64,000 bases of DNA from Squalus acanthias (taxonomy: Eukaryota): the NCBI GenBank assembly GCA_030390025.1, contig CM059433.1:31684001-31748000 (forward strand). Reading direction: 5' to 3'. The notes beneath the pieces were generated by a model, which was not told where the DNA came from, did not search any database, and saw nothing but the letters and a program-made list of their open reading frames with translations. Positions 63,300 to 64,000 of the stretch are shown here, in pieces. The position numbers and the translations under genes were made by a program. Every line of letters starts with the position of its first letter. Positions within the stretch are counted from its first letter, which is position 1.

Positions 63300-64000
63300 C
63301 AGGGCAATATCAGGAAGGTAGTGCAGGAGTCCCCTGTGGTCATCTCCCTCCAAAATAGGTATGCCGCTTTGGATACTGTTGGGGGAGATGGCCTACCAGG
63401 GGAAGGCACTAGCAGCCAGGTTCATGGCACCATGGCTGGCTCTGCTGCACAGCAGGGCGGGAAAAAGAGTGGCAGGGCTATAGTGATAGGGGACTCAATT
63501 GTAAGGGGAACAGACAGGAGTTTCTGTGGCCGCAACCGAGATTCCAGGATGGTATGTTGCCTCCCTGGTGCAAGGGTCAAGGATGTCTCGGAGCGGCTGC
63601 AGAACATTCTGAAGAGGGAGGGTGAACAGCCAGCTGTCGTGGTGCATGTAGGTACCAACAATATAGGTAAAAAGCGGGAAGAGGTCCTACAAGCAGAATT
63701 TAGGGAGCTAGGAGCTAAATTAAAAAGTAGGACCTCTAAGGTAGTAATCTCTGGATTGCTACCAGGGCCACGTGCTAATCAGAATAGAGAGAACAGGATA
63801 GTGAGATTGAATACGTGGCTTGAGCAGTGGTGCAGGAGGGAGGGATTCAAATTCCTGAGGCATTGGAACCAGTTCTGGGGGAAGTGGGACCTGTACAAAA
63901 GGGACGGTCTGCACTTGGGCAGGACTGGAACCGATGTCCTCGGGGTAATATTTGCCAAAGCAGTTCGGGAGGATTTAAACTAATATGGCAGGGGAATGGG
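63300..64000 (+). mobile_element. CR1 ORF1 (SGNH/GDSL esterase domain); the element continues beyond the window
   Basis: Open frame to 63983 with LQNRYAAL, IVIGDSIVRG, CLPGARV, VVHVGTNN and DGLHL. Confidence 0.9.

Overview
Repeat-dominated, non-genic vertebrate DNA. It is almost certainly from a shark or ray: it carries an HE1-type V-SINE, Deu-domain SINEs and abundant CR1 LINEs. I can support no host protein-coding exon; nearly all ORFs in the track are transposon fragments or antisense/low-complexity artefacts. Contents: (i) about 15 CR1 fragments, including a 5'-truncated copy with an uninterrupted ~630-aa RT frame (10213-12104), a near full-length decayed copy (37482-41415) and an SGNH-esterase ORF1 at the right edge; (ii) four decayed two-gene PIF/Harbinger transposons (HARBI1-like DDE nuclease plus spliced Myb/SANT gene) and about 10 GGG...CCC-ended MITEs with 3-bp target duplications; (iii) Deu-SINEs, L2 tails and a second LINE family with a partner SINE; (iv) three different putative solo LTRs within 6.5 kb; (v) a palindromic Penelope-type insertion with two back-to-back minimal hammerhead ribozymes. 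The most interesting observations are the double-hammerhead palindrome, an ~820-bp inverted duplication whose non-SINE part carries octamer/SPH/PSE-like motifs upstream of a SINE, MITEs that retain only the start codons of both Harbinger genes, and a locally templated inverted insertion inside a CR1. I found no evidence for a wholly new biological system. Family names come from recalled motifs, not database searches, and boundaries of decayed repeats are approximate.
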